DNA from: Lama guanicoe
Lineage: Eukaryota
DNA length: 64,000 bases
Direction: 5' to 3'
NCBI GenBank assembly: GCA_013239625.1
Contig: MU054323.1
Span: forward strand, 6,685,220-6,749,219
The notes under the pieces are model-generated. The model was not told the origin of the DNA, did no database searches, and was given only the letters and a program-made list of their open reading frames with translations. Position 1 is the stretch's first letter, and each line of letters begins with the position of its first letter. This document shows positions 12,785-26,190 of this stretch, in pieces. The position numbers and the translations under genes were made by a program.

Positions 12785-12982
12785 AACAAGGGTTTTTAAT
12801 TAAGAACTCTTGGAGTTTATGGAATAAGAGTCTCTAGATAGGCTTGGGGGAGTGTCTGTGAACACTCTGAAATTATGTATATGCAAAATTCTATGATTCT
12901 GTGTATTTCTCTGGGGAGAGAGTCTATAGCTTTAACAAATTCCCAAAAGGGTCCATGACCTCCCCAAAGGTTGAGAACCTCT
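12785..12982. mobile_element. hAT-Charlie-type MITE
   Basis: Ends caagggtttttaa...aaaggttgagaacctct resemble Charlie-family terminal inverted repeats. Confidence 0.5.
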
Positions 12983-13399
12983 TTTGTTAAGGAGCAGGAC
13001 CTCAATAACTCCATTCATCCAGTCTTACCCTCTTGCCAAATTGAATGGATATATCTGATGTCATTACTCAGGCCTGCAGTATGACTGGATTTGCAGTCTG
13101 TTTTTCCATTTTGCAATAGATGTGATTGCAGTGCCTTTGGCCTTTACAGATGTTTGAGCTCCTGTCTGTTGCACAACTACCTGGCCTTCATCACTTGGCT
13201 GCTTTCATGTATCATTTCCCACCTCTGTCCCCTCAAATCCCAATTAAAAAAGTGGACCTTTCATATGAATGTCGAGATGGAAATGCATATACATATAGAA
13301 GAGCCCAGTATCAATTCAGCTATAGGGAGACCCTGCTGGGTAGGCTGGAATTCACAGTTGCTGTGGTGTTAACCTCTTTCTATAAACTGAATCTCATCT

Positions 13400-14150
13400 T
13401 TCTAGAGTCCTTGAGGTCTGATTTGACATGTGTTACAAACACTTTCCAAGTTCTACCAGCTCTTTATATATGTTCCTTTTCTCCTCACTGTCATTATTCT
13501 AATGTAAGCCTAATGTTTGCGATAGTATCCAATGGTCTCTCTGTCCCCAGTGAGTTCCTGCTTCAGTCTGTCCTAAATTTTGTTTGGGAATGATCATCCT
13601 AATTTTTATGTTCATTGTCTTACTTTGCTTAAAAACCTTCAGTGGCTCCTCATTACTGTCAAGATAAAGTTCCCTAGCCTGGCATTTAAAGCTTTCCAGT
13701 GTCTGGCACCAACTTGCTTTTCTGGTCTCATTTTCCGCTAGTTTCCCCCAGCAAACTATTCAAAGTAAAATTGTCGGTTACTGTCCCCTAACCATCCCTT
13801 AGGCTTCTCTGTCTCCCCTTTATATATTTCTTTCCTTGGACTGTGCTCCCTTATCCTAGTCTATATCTCTAGAAATTCTACCTATCCTTTAAAGCTCAAC
13901 TCAGATTCCATCTTGTTTGTTAAGTGTTCAGACTATAAAATTTGAACATAGTTCCTTCTATGAACTCTTAATATTTATTTTTCTTATTATTCGTTTGACA
14001 CTTTATATTGCCTTGGACTGTGTGAAATTTTTTGTTTTCATGTGTCCTATCTCCCAAATTAGGATATGAGAACAGCAGAGGATCATGTTTTGTATTCTGT
14101 CCTCTGCCATGTCTTATGCATGTAGATATTAAAGTATTTCATGTCATGTT
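13400..14150 (+). mobile_element. L2 fragment
   Basis: ttgcttaaaaaccttcagtggctcctcattac...cctagcctggcatttaaagc...cctttaaagctcaactcag. Confidence 0.7.
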
Positions 14151-16109
14151 GATTAAATCATAATAGTACTTATTAAATTCTTATTCATGTACTTAGAGAA
14201 ATAGGTCCTTTTTTTGTATGTGTGCCTGGAATACTCATGCATAATATCTAGGGATTCTCTCTGCTGTTTTCAGGGTATTTGGGAATTTGAATTGGAAATC
14301 AAGTATTGCTTGGGAGCATGTAGTCCTGCATCATAAGAAGTTGACTGTTAAGGGCTATGTTCAGAAGTCTGGGGTAGCCTGGTGAATCATTGTTGTCTAG
14401 TGTAGTGCTCCATTTGCCATGGATAGCAGAAATCTTCGTGTCCCTTTGTCTCTTTACTTAGGCATGCTGGAGACACAAATTCCTAATGTTTTGAGGAGGA
14501 CTACAATTCTGTTTTAATTTTCAATTCTTTCTTCTTAATAAAAAATAAGGTTTTATTGAGTACTTGTTTGAATGGTTAATAGGGGGCACCATGATGTTAT
14601 TATATTTTAGGATTTCTGCCCTTCAAGGAGATTATCCCTATAGGGAGTCTCATTTGCTTTCAGTCGTGCATGAATTGATGATGGGAATATACAACTAACT
14701 AGCTTACTTAGTTGCTAACTGAGATATGTGGAAGCTACTCTAGCAGTTACTATTTTTAGCAGTCACTTGAAATTTATGTACTATCATATATACTTGTTTT
14801 TGTTTTGATAGGTGTCCTTTCCCACCAACCACATTGTAGATTGTAGAATGTAGAGGCCATTTATTTTACGAGTTATGTGCCAGTTCTACAGCGTTTTCAT
14901 AGTTCTTCACCCACAGTATACATACATAAGTGTGTTACTGATGATGTCAGGAGCATGGTCTGGGTAGGCTTCCTGGGGGAAGTGGAATTTCAGTTCGACA
15001 TGCTTCTAGCATTGTCTCATTGAATATGAAAAAAGGGTTCTGTGTTTAAAATGGGACTGTATATATGTTTGGTGCATTATCTGAACACAGAGCCTCTTTG
15101 GTTACTGTGCCTTTGGTCCTAAAGTGATTCATATCACTTCCTCATATAGCACATTGGCCAAAAGTAGTCACAGGGCTTACCTTAAAATCCTGGTATTAAT
15201 CTCTCTGAAGAAAGAAATGTGGGCAAGAAATGAATATTTGGTCAGCAGTAAATGTTTTTGCCTCCCTATGGCAGAATTAGCTTTCTTCAGAGAGATTAAT
15301 ACCAGAATTGGTAGGCTCTGCTTGGAATCACTGAAGTAAAGAAAAATTGTGTTTGTGTGTCAGTCTAAGTGGGAATTTTATCATTAAATTTACTTGTGAA
15401 AAGAACTTGTAGTATTGAATGATAGCCCTCAAGACTATTAAAGGAGAAATTTTACTAATGTCTCTACTTTAGGGGTAGTTATGACCTATTTTAGTTTAGA
15501 TGATTTTCTACCATCTTTAGACTAGGCATTTGAAACAGGTGTAAGGGATTATTTGGCTTCAGTAAAACTGATCTGGAATTTTTCTACATATACTGTTAAG
15601 ATTATATACTGAGGAAAGTGAGGGAGGGTTTAAAGAGCTTTCAGATACTATTGGAGGCCATTTACTGTCTGGAGATTACATAAAATATCTTCTTATAGAC
15701 CCTGAAGGTTTTTTCCCTCTCTCTTCTTTCCCTCAATCAACATAGTATTGCTAAGTAATTAAAATCTGTTTTCTCAATTTTTACTTTGTATTTTAATGCT
15801 TGGTTTGATAAGGACTGTTGAGTAGTGGTTAAAATATTGGCCAAGTACGCAGGACTAAGAAGCCCAGATCCTTATTTATTCATGAGGCTTATTTTTCTCC
15901 CAGTTTAATTCTAAAGTCGTCAACCCTGAAATTTTTAGACCTTGGGCTTTCTTTCTAATTTCATTCCAAATACTGATTGCATTTCAAATAAGAAATTCAA
16001 AAGAATGGGAGTAAATACATAGAGTTAAAAGGTGAAAGTCTCCGTAATGAATTTTATGGTAGCTGTTAATTTAGGCTGTTTAGTATTCCCTCCTTCCCCC
16101 GTTTTCAGG

Positions 16110-16614
16110 TAGCAGTATCACCTCTTGGCCTATAGGCGTGTCACCTAGGCTTGGTCTGTCATAATGCTCCATTTCTTTGGACACAGTGATTGCTTCAGGA
16201 TGGCCATATGACCAGAGCAGGTTCAGATCCCTTCCTCGAGATTGAAAAACAGATGTTGGATGAGGGACAGACTCATTCCTTCGAATTTGCTAAGCTGCGA
16301 TAGAGGGTGCCTGGCCAAGTGAAGGAAGCCGATGTATCATAGGAAAGAATGAGGCCAACATACAGAGTGAAGCAGAGCTGACAGACAGACTCTCTGTCAC
16401 ACACAGACACACTCACGAATGTACAATCACACACATTCTCACACGCTCGCATGTGTGAGCATGGGGAGTCATTGGAGCCTCTGGATCCACTGGAACTTTA
16501 AAGTAGATCCACTCCTGTTTCCCAGTTAAATGAGCCACTCAGTTGCCTAACTTGCTTGTGCTAGTTTCAGTTGGATTTCTGCCTCTTGGAACTGAAAGAG
16601 TCCTGACCAATTCA
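16110..16614 (+). mobile_element. MaLR (MLT1-type) solo LTR
   Basis: 3' end ctagtttcagttggatttctgcctcttggaactgaaagagtcctgaccaattca is typical of old MLT1. Confidence 0.75.
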
Positions 16615-16699
16615 GACTCTTGTTAGCAGCTATCCTTCTCTTTCTCTCCCATTGATACCCGCAGGATCATACTTTTTGAGTTATTAAAGACTTTTAAAA

Positions 16700-17240
16700 A
16701 CTTAGTATCATGGGAATCTTTCTATGTTAGGATATGAAGGAGCCATTTTATCTTTGCATAAAATGCTGTATAGCATTACATTAGATGTATATTCTGTAAT
16801 TTATTTAACCATCTCTCGTGATGGATGTTTAGAAAATGGTCATAGTTTTTTGCGGTTCCAAGCTATGTTTTGGTAAACGTCTTTGTTTGTACTTGTTTTT
16901 GTACATAAATGAGAACATGAGGAATTAATGGTTATGCACATCAAAAAACTGATGTCCTTTCAAAATGTTACTCCAAAGGCTATATCAGTTTACTCTTTCA
17001 CCAAGAGTATATGATAGTTGCTGCTTTCCCCTACCTTTATTACCTCTGGATATTATCAATCATTTCTATTTTGGGCCTGAGGGGTGAAATGGTATAGCAG
17101 CATTGTTGTAATTGGAAGTTCTCTTACTATTGATAAAGTTGATCATATTATCAAATGTTTGTCATATATTGGATTCTTTCCCCTAAGGCTCTCTTCATAT
17201 TTTTTCACTTTCCTTTGGGGCTGTTTGTCTTTTTCAGTTG
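16700..17240 (-). mobile_element. Old L1 (L1ME-like) fragment
   Basis: Degenerate antisense ORF2-end motifs (ttatttaaccatctc, tttactctttcaccaagagtat). Confidence 0.55.
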
Positions 17241-18234
17241 ACTCCTAGCCATAATATGCTTATGATGTAGTTGTTTTTACACTAACTAGGGGTGGCCTTG
17301 GTAGACAGCTGACACTGCTACTTAGCTATTTCAAAAAGAACTCATATCATGTATGTATATAGATATCTTTATCGATATCTTTGAGTATTTAATTGGTTTA
17401 TACCTAGTAACTTTATCTGCCCAGTTAATTTGTTTAGCTCGGGGTACATGTCTCAGTTGGATGATCTATGGGTGCATAATTGAGGTAATTTTATGGCTGA
17501 GATAAAAGTTGAGAAATTCTTAGTCATAGAATTTTCCAGGTTTAAATCATTGTGACAACATAGAATTTTGGAACTTAATTAACCATTGGTGCTGAATCAG
17601 AACCACTTCCAGAAGAAGATTTTGGCCTATAAGAAGATATTTTTTGGGCTTGCCCCCATAGAGAGGTGGGTCGGCTGCATACTTAGATGTCTTTAGTGGT
17701 TAGGTTCCTTAATTTTCATAAGAGCATATTAACCTGACTGTGCACTTAATTTTCTATGAAAGTGTATAGTTTACCTATAATTGGCAATGTAGAATAGCTT
17801 CACTCCAACTGTACATTCACTTAAATCACTGCCCAATTCTTATAAAAAACCTAGTAGTCAGAAACAGCACCCTTTGAGAATTGCTTAAATAATACACATT
17901 CAATCCATTGCTTTAGAAACAATCAGTTTTTACTTGGATCAAGCCAGAATACCAGAGAACTACATATATTGATTGCATTGTTTTAGGCTGAGGTAGAATT
18001 ACTCTTACAGAATTGTTATTTGGTATAATGCAATCAAACTTTATCAAGGGCCATTAAAACCAACAGCTTTATAAAATTTACTATTCCTTTTATTGTAGAA
18101 TTCTTGTGAGGATATTTATCTCCTTTATCTCAGTGCCCTTGTTGATGTTGTAACTACTGCTACTATTATTACTATTAGCTACTGATCTGGAGCACTAGGA
18201 CTGAACATAAGATGAGCTTTCACCCAAAGGGAGA

Positions 18235-18390
18235 CAACATTATAGATGAGGGGTGATGTAAGATTAAGACTCTGGAGCCAGATTTCCTGGGCTTAAATTC
18301 TGGCTCTGCTACTCCCTCGTTGTGTGTTATTTAACCTCTTGGCACCTCAGTTTTCTTATCTATAAAATGGGGATAGTAATTGTATCTATC
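18235..18390 (+). mobile_element. MIR
   Basis: agactctggagccagatttcctgggcttaaattctggctctgctact...cctcagttttcttatctataaaatggggatagtaat. Confidence 0.85.
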
Positions 18391-19392
18391 TACTGGCACA
18401 AATACTGATGTATAGATCTATGGAACAGGATAGAAAGCCCAGAAATAAACCCATATACTTATGGTCAATTAATCTATGACTAAAGAGGCAAGAATATACA
18501 ATGGGGAAAAGACTTCAGTAAGTGGTGATGGGAAAACTGGACAGCTACATGCAAAAGAATGAAATTAGAACATTCTCTAATACTATATACAAAAATTACC
18601 CCAAATGGATTAAGCAGCTAAATATAAGGCCAGATACTCTAAAACTCCTAGAGGAAAACATAGGCAAAACACTTTTTCACATCAATTCCAACAATATTTT
18701 TTTGAATCTGTCTCCTATAGTAATGGAAATAAAAATAGAAATAAACAAATGGGGCCTAATTAAACTTAAAAGCTTTTGCACTGCAAAGGAAGCCATGAAC
18801 AAAATGAAAAGACACCCTATTGAATGGGAGAAGATACTTGCAAACAATGATACTGACAAGGGATTAATTTTCAAAATACACAGACAACTTGTATATCTTA
18901 TTATCAAAAAAACAAACAACCCAATAAAAAAATGGGCATAATACCTAAACAGACATTTCTCCAAAGAAGACATACAGATGGCCAAGAGGCACATGAAAAG
19001 ATGCTCAATATCACTAATTATCAGAGAAATGCAAATCAAAACTACAATGAGGTATCACCTTATACTGGTCAGAATGGCTGTTACTAAAAGTTTACAAATA
19101 ATAAATTTTGGGGAGGGTGTAGAGAAAAAAGAACCCTCCTACATTGTTGGTAGAAATGAAAATTGGTGTAGCCACTATGGAGAACTATGGAGGTTCCTTA
19201 AAAAACTAAAGATGGTGGGGGAGGGCATAGCTCAGTGGTAGAGCATTTGCTTAGCATGCACAAGGTCCTGGATTCAACCCCCAGTACCTCCATTAAAATA
19301 AATAGATAGATAGATCGATCGATCGAAACCCCCACCAAAAAAAAACCAAACTAGAAATAGAGTTACCAAATGATCCAGTAATCCCACTCGTA
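18391..19392 (+). mobile_element. L1 ORF2 C-terminal fragment (disrupted, no 3' UTR)
   Basis: ORF translations KWIKQLNIRPDTLKLLEENIG and [26 protein letters not shown] are L1 ORF2p; interrupted by stops and a SINE. Confidence 0.95.
19211..19347 (+). mobile_element. tRNA-derived SINE (Vic-1-like) nested in L1
   Basis: gggggagggcatagctcagtggtagagcatttgcttagcatgcacaaggtcctggattcaacccccagtacctcca plus A-rich tail; L1 resumes at aaatagagttacca. Confidence 0.9.
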
Positions 19393-20639
19393 TGATGTTT
19401 CTCTCTAGCTCAGCCAGATGTGCAGCCCTTCCCTTGCAACTGTATTGGACTTGTGGCATCTAGTTTGGGTGGTATAAACTTACCTCTCTGACTTTATCTT
19501 ACTTTCCTCCTTCATTTTTGGCTCCATTTTTGTTGCTTCTTTTTATTTCTAATGCACTCTTCGAGTTGTCTCAAATCTTTTTTACAATAATACAGAAATA
19601 AAAATAATTTTCGTTACAGCATGTGCCCATGTTGAAATTTCAAATTAATTTTCATTTAATTTTTCTTAAGCTGATTGTTCCTTGATGACAAGGAGGTGCT
19701 ATAATTTTCATTAAGATAGCTCAAATCACATCATAGGATGAGTTACTTCTGGGAAGTTTCCTGTTGACAACTAGTCCTGTTGATGGTGTGGGCTTTCTTT
19801 TAAGCTTCAATTACAAAAGTGTTCCTTCCTGACTTTTCTTGTTTGTTTTTTCCCTTGACCTTTGCTCCAGCCTTCTCTTGTAGATTTGGCGATGGGGTTG
19901 GAGAGGGGGTGGTGAAGATCACTTTAAGAACTTGTAAACCTGTAGTGTTTAAAAATACTCTTCAAAATGAGACTTTTATCATAGCTATGGCATAGGCAGA
20001 GTAAAAGCTACATGTGTTGTTATTCCCTTTCTTTTAAAAAGCAGAATGACAGTTTATTGATTTACAAGAGAAAAAAGGAAATGTCCCAAAGCCTAAAATA
20101 TTCCCATGTATTTTGGTTATGTCACTAACATATTTTCTTTCCGAAGCAGAGATGTACAGGGGGGCTGATGTTACTGCCTTTTTTGGGGGGAGGGGAATTT
20201 TTTTTGACATTAAGATAGATTGAAATGTCTTTTTAGTCTTTTTTTTAATTTGTAGATTCCTTCTCTCTCTTTTTTTTCCGTTTAAATTGTCTTTTGAAGA
20301 ACGTTGGTGACTTTTTCAGTAGAATTTCTTACAGTCTGGATTTCTGTTTAGTTTAACATGTTTCTCTACCCTCTGTATATCCTATAAATTGGTAATTTGA
20401 TGTAGAAGCTTGATTAAGGTTTAATGGCAGGGGGCAAGATGACTTTATAAATGGTATAATGAGACGCATAATAATGTTGAGGTGTGTTTTTGTAGTGTTA
20501 TCAGCTGTGAGTATTGCTACTGGCTTTTGATTCTTAAAATCCTAAAGTGATCACCATGGTGTCTAGGTGAGAAAGGGGAAGCATTGCGTAGAAATTGTGG
20601 CACTACTCTGTACAGATAGGCCTCCTGGTGATCATCTGA

Positions 20640-21050
20640 GAATGAAGCAGTGTTGTGTAGATTCAAACAAGACCTCGGTTTCAATCTTGGCTTCCTTGTT
20701 TAGGAGCTATTTGATCTTGCAGAGTTAACAAGAGCAACAACAATAGCAGCAGCTACTATTCACTTAGTGCTTATTTTACACCAGGTTCTGTGAGAAGTGC
20801 TTTATACTTTATATACTTTGTGTAATCTGATCCTCATAACAACCCTGTAAGCCAGGTATCTTTATTTTGCAGGTCACACTGCTGAGAAGTAATGAAGTAG
20901 GGATTCAAGCCCTGTGTGACTCAAATCTTGTACTTAGTTGCTTTGTTCTCCGGTATCTGTAAAATGGGGTATAAATATAGCTGCCTTATCTATCTTGTAG
21001 GGTTGATGAGATATTGTGTGTGGAGGTATCTTGAAAAATATTATAGATGT
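20640..21050. mobile_element. Nested/adjacent MIR fragments
   Basis: Sense MIR start (agacctcggtttcaatcttggc), antisense MIR (atcctcataacaaccctgtaag), then sense core atctgtaaaatgggg. Confidence 0.65.
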
Positions 21051-21984
21051 TAACATGAGAAATGTACTGAGCTGACAATACACAAGGAAAGGTGGATGAG
21101 TGGAGGCCTTTGCCTTTGGCTAAGTGATAGTGAGAAGTTTGGATGGAAAGAACTCTCTGGTCATTTTCTAACTTCTGTTTCCATTATTGTGGCTGTTGAC
21201 ATGTGAGAGAGTTTCCTTCTCTTGTTAAAATTGACAGTGATAGAGATTTTATATGTGGTAAATGTCATATGCCAGAGATCGCTTATGAGTCTCTGGGTGA
21301 GTCGTGATGTCTTAGTTTTACTCCATGGCCCATGTATATAGGCTTAGTACAGATATTTTTAACTCAGAGAGCAAGAGTACAGTCACAGTTCTTTTCCTAA
21401 AAGGATAAATATTTATTGGAAGTAGGGGAGGCATTAACTGAATTTGTAATGTTATTTTTCTTTAGTTGGATAGTGTGTTATATATGTTAAAATTATTTTA
21501 AAAATACCTCTTTTGTATGTCTAAAGAATTGTGTAATTAGTAAAGCCAATAAAGTGATGAACACTAATATTTGCATGTATAATTGACTAAGAAGTTAAAT
21601 AGGTGTGAAGTTAGTACCTTTAGGTCTAACTTTCAGTAATTTGTTAGCAATTACAATGAATTGGTAATGAGTACTTGGAGAACTGTGTTAAGAAGAGATC
21701 TATAGCCATTTCTAGGTCTGTGGCAGAGGGTGCTGTGATTGATGACTGATGTCTGCCTGAACCAGACATGCAGACTGATGGAATATGTGCTTTGTTTTTG
21801 CTAAACCTTGGTAATGTGTTTATCAGAAATCCCCAGGCCTTGACCTGAACGTATTTTCTTGGTACTCTGCTTCTTGCAGTTCTTCTGTTACTTTGGGAAT
21901 GATATTGCCATACTAGATGTATTGTGGTGAAATAGCTAGGATTTCATTGTGATAGTCCCAAGAAAGATTTCCCATTTACTATTA

Positions 21985-23910
21985 TTTATTATTATTTTTT
22001 GAAATATAATTCACATACCATAAAGTTTACCTATTTAAAGTATATAATGCAGTGGCTTGTAGTATATTTACAAAGTTATGCAGCTATCATCACTAACACC
22101 AGACTTTTTCATTACCTCCCCTCCACACCAAAAAAAACCCCCAAAAAAACCCAGCATGAAATCATATATGTGATTTTTGGTGTCTGGCTTCTTTTCATGT
22201 TGCATAATGTTTTCGAGTAATTCATATTGTAGCATGTATTAGTACTCCATTTTTAATGGCCAAATAATATTGAATTGTATGGATATACCACATTTTGTTT
22301 ATCTGTTCAGCTGTTGATGAGTATTTGAGTTATTTACCCTTTTTGACTTATGAATTATGCTGCAATTACTTTCATGTACAAGTTTTTGAATGGACATATA
22401 TTTTCCTTTTTTTTGGTTGTATACCTGAGTGGAGTTGCTGGGTCATTGGTCACTCGGTGTTTAACCTTTTGAGGAACTGTAAAACTGGTTTCCAAAGTGG
22501 CTACATCATTTACATTCCTACAAGCATTGTATGAGGGTTCTGATTCTTCGTCATCCTTGCAAATACTTGTTATTATGTGACTTTTTGATTCTAGCCATCC
22601 TAGTATGTGTGAAGTGGCATCTCACTGTAATTTTGATTTGCATTTCCCTAATGACTAAGATGTTGAGCATCTTTTCATGTACTTAATGGCCATTTGTACA
22701 TCTTTCTTAGAGAAACAGCTACTCACATTTTTTGCCCATTTTAAAATTTGGTTATTTGTCTTTTTATTATTAAATTTTAAGATTTCTTTATATAATAGTC
22801 CTCCTTACCATATTTTGCTTTCAGTGGTATCAGTTACCTTCAATCAACCATGGTCTGAAAATAGTAAATGAAAAATTCCAAAAATAAACAATTTATAAGT
22901 TTTCAATTGCACACTATAATGAAATCTCATGCTGTCCCACTCTGTCCTGCCCAGGACATGCTTGAATCATTTGGCCAGCATATCCCACCCATTAGTCACT
23001 TAGTAGCTGTCTCAATTATCAGATTCACTTGTGGTACAGTAGTGCTTGTGTTTAAGTAATCCTTATTTTACTTAATAGTGGCCCCAATGTGCAAGAGTAG
23101 TGATGCTGGCAATTTGGATATGCCAAAGAAAAGCTGTAAGTGCTTCAAGTGAAAATGTGAAAGTTCTTCACCTAATAAGGAAAGAAAAAAAAATCTTATG
23201 CTGAGGTTGTGAAGATCTATGGTAAGAACAAGTCTTCTATCCGTGAAGCTGTGAAGAAGGAGAAAGAAATTCTTGCTAGTTTTGCTGTCACACCTCAGAC
23301 TGCAAAAGTTACAGCCACAGTGCATGATAAATGCTTAGTTAAGGCATCACACTTGTACAATAAGATATTTTGAGAGAGAGAGACCACATTCACGTAACTC
23401 TTATTCTAGTATACTGTTATAATTGTTCTATTTTATTATTATTTTATTAATCTCTTATTATTAATCTCTCATTCTGCCTAATTTATAAATTAAATTTGTC
23501 ATAGGTATGTACGCATAGGAAAGAACATAGTATATATAGGGTTTGGTATTGTCTGTGATATAACTAGGGGTCTTGGAATATATCCCCTTCAGTTAAAGGG
23601 GACTGCTGTATATTCGGGATACAAGACCCATATTACATAAATGATTTGCAAATATATTCTCCTATCATGTGGATTATAGTTTCTCTTTCTTGATGGTGTA
23701 CTTTGAGGCATAAAAGTTTTTGGTGAAGTCCAGTTTATCTGCTTTTTCATCCCTTATGCTTTTGTGTCATAGCTAAGAAATTCTTGCCTAATCCAAGGTT
23801 ATGAAAATGTATGCCTATTTTTTCTAAGAGTTTTTATAATTTTAGCACTTACATTTAGGTCTTTGATCCATTTTGAGTTAATTTTTCTGTATGGTATGAT
23901 GTTGGTCCCA
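21985..23910 (-). mobile_element. L1MB-like 3' fragment interrupted by MER44
   Basis: ttgaaatataattcacataccataaag 3' end; antisense ORF2 motifs on both sides of the transposon. Confidence 0.85.
22793..23608 (+). mobile_element. MER44/Tigger7-derived DNA transposon
   Basis: TIR-like ends taatagtcctccttac...taaaggggactgctg flanked by TA; internal decayed transposase N-terminus from ~23120 (atgccaaagaaaagctgtaag). Confidence 0.85.
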
Positions 23911-24427
23911 GTTCTTTTTACAGTAAGGATAAAGCTCATTATCTTCTATATATACATACCAGCCAAATCTTCTGATTCACCTCACTTGATAATATTTTAA
24001 TTAGTATATAATTTTCTGCCACTTCATTTGTTTCACCTCTGACTCCCTGCTAATGAGTATTTTGTCTTAAATGGAGGTTTTTTTTTTTTTAAACCAAAGC
24101 CTTATTAACCTTTGTACTTACAGAATGTGAGAATTAGGAGGAAGTTTATTGATCATTTAGTCCATCCTCTTATGAGAGTAGAGCCCTCAGCATCTGTGAC
24201 AGAAAGGGTTTCAGTTTCTTCTTGGACACTTTCAGAGCTGGTTAGTTCACAGGTGTGTTGTTCTACAGTGCAGTAGTTACATTAGGAAGTCTTACCTAAT
24301 CAAAAGTAATTTTATAATAAAAATGTTTCAGAGGGAAAAGGTAGTTAGGGGCTTGAGTTTATCACTATTTTAATGAGTTATTTTTCCTGTAGCAATTTAA
24401 GTTATAAGGAGTTGATGATTACATCAT

Positions 24428-24776
24428 TTAAGGACTGAAAGTTTCTGTCACCTCAGAATTCATGTGTTAAAGCCATAACCCTCATTGTAATGGTATTTAG
24501 AAGGTGGGGTCTTTTGGTCATGAGGGTAGACTCCTTACAATGGAATTAGTGTCCTTACAAGAAGAGACCGGAAAGTTTGCCTCCCCACCACCAGCATGTG
24601 AGGATACAGCAAGAAGGCAGATGCCTGTGAACCAGAAAGAAGGCCCCTCATGAGATACCAGATCTGCTGGAACCTTGATCTTGGCCTTCCCAGCCTTCAG
24701 AACTGTGAGGAATAAATGCTTGTTTAAGCCGGTCTGCCCATGGTATTTTGTTATAGCAGCCTGAGCTGACTATGCA
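24428..24776 (+). mobile_element. MaLR solo LTR (MLT1A-like)
   Basis: ccttgatcttggccttcccagccttcagaactgtgaggaataaatg...tggtattttgttatagcagcctgagctgacta. Confidence 0.9.
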
Positions 24777-25229
24777 CATCATAATCCACAGTATTTTATA
24801 ATTAAATGAGTGTTATGTCCACCAGCACAGTAGAAGAAATGCTTGTATTCCTAAAGCAATTCAGTTCAGCTGTAAAAAGCTCTGATGGTTGGAATGTTAA
24901 TTCTTTTATTCAGCTGAAATTTTGCCCTTGGTAACAACTCCACATTTTATCAATGTCCTCTTAAACTTGGAGTCTAAAATTAAACTCAGTACTTTGTTTA
25001 CCTACATAGTAGTACGAAGTATGGTCGGCTGGTAATTTTGGCTTTTGTTTTTCCTTTTCATATACCCTAAAATTAAGCTGTTTTTGGTAGCCATATCCTC
25101 TTTGGGTCTCATAGTGAGCTTCTGATCAAGTAAGACCCCCTTTTAACAAGAGTTACTAAGCTGCATGTACCATTCCTTTGAAACACGAGTTGCTATAAAA
25201 GTTGCTTTACAGCTACAGATTATGTGGGC

Positions 25230-25385
25230 TTTTCTCTATGACTTATTGGCTGTATGACCTTAGCCAAGTCACCCAGTTTCTTTGACCTCAATTTTTTTTA
25301 CTCTGCCAAATGGGAATAATACCTCCATTTTGTGGTGTTGTTGGGGGTATAATTAGATGATTTGTGCATATGGCTCTTACACTTC
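25230..25385 (+). mobile_element. MIR
   Basis: ggctgtatgaccttagccaagtcac...aaatgggaataata. Confidence 0.6.
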
Positions 25386-25509
25386 CAGATGGAAATAGGT
25401 CTTGTGAAAACAGTCTTTTGTCACAGGTGCTTCTTTGCTGGCTTTACTTAACTGTTGGTCAGATATTAACTGTTTGTTAAATAGTGTCCACCCAGTTCAG
25501 ATCTCTTTA

Positions 25510-26190
25510 TATCTTGAATTGATAAGAAATATTTCAAATATGTAGAAAAGAATAAAGAATAGGAAAATTTTATGTACCATCCAACTTAATTGGAGCTTAA
25601 TATTTTTCTGTATTTGCTTCAGATTTTTTTAAAAGACGTAAAACACTGTGCAGTTGAACCCTCTCCTCTGTACACCCTTCTCTTTCCCTTTTCTCTTCCT
25701 CTCCGTTACCCAGAGATAAACAGTATGCTGAATATATTTGTTTCCATAAATAATGTAATTGTTTTCTGTTTTTAAACTTTAGATACACACTACACTGCAA
25801 TACACTCTTGCAATATGCTTTTTTTTCCTAAACATTTTTCTATTGTATGACTACACCATAGTTTATTTACCCGTTCTCCTTTGGGTGAGTATTAGGTAGT
25901 TTTCAGGGTTTTTTTATTATTAGACAATGCTGCAATGAATATTTCTGAACATGCTTCTTGCGAATGTGTATGAGTTTCTATAGAAAGCATGTAGGGTGTG
26001 TGTATGTGTGTATGGGAGTATGTATGTTTGCATAGGATTGGAATCACTGGTTGAATAGTGTATGGCTCTTCAACTTTGAAGAATAATTTGACATTACTTA
26101 ATAAAGTATACTGATTTAGATATTACTTGTTAGAGTGTGAGGGTTTTACTTTTCCCACATTTCCTCCACCAAGCTTTACCATTATCTGAA
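25510..26190 (-). mobile_element. Old L1 (L1ME-like) 3' fragment
   Basis: atttcaaatatgtagaaaag; caatgctgcaatgaatatttctgaacatg. Confidence 0.55.

Noticed and set aside
13126..13593. 155-aa ORF
   Set aside because: No recognisable domain, no exon signals, overlaps L2-derived sequence
19218..19292. tRNA-like sequence
   Set aside because: It is the head of a SINE with an A-rich tail and other degenerate copies, not a tRNA gene
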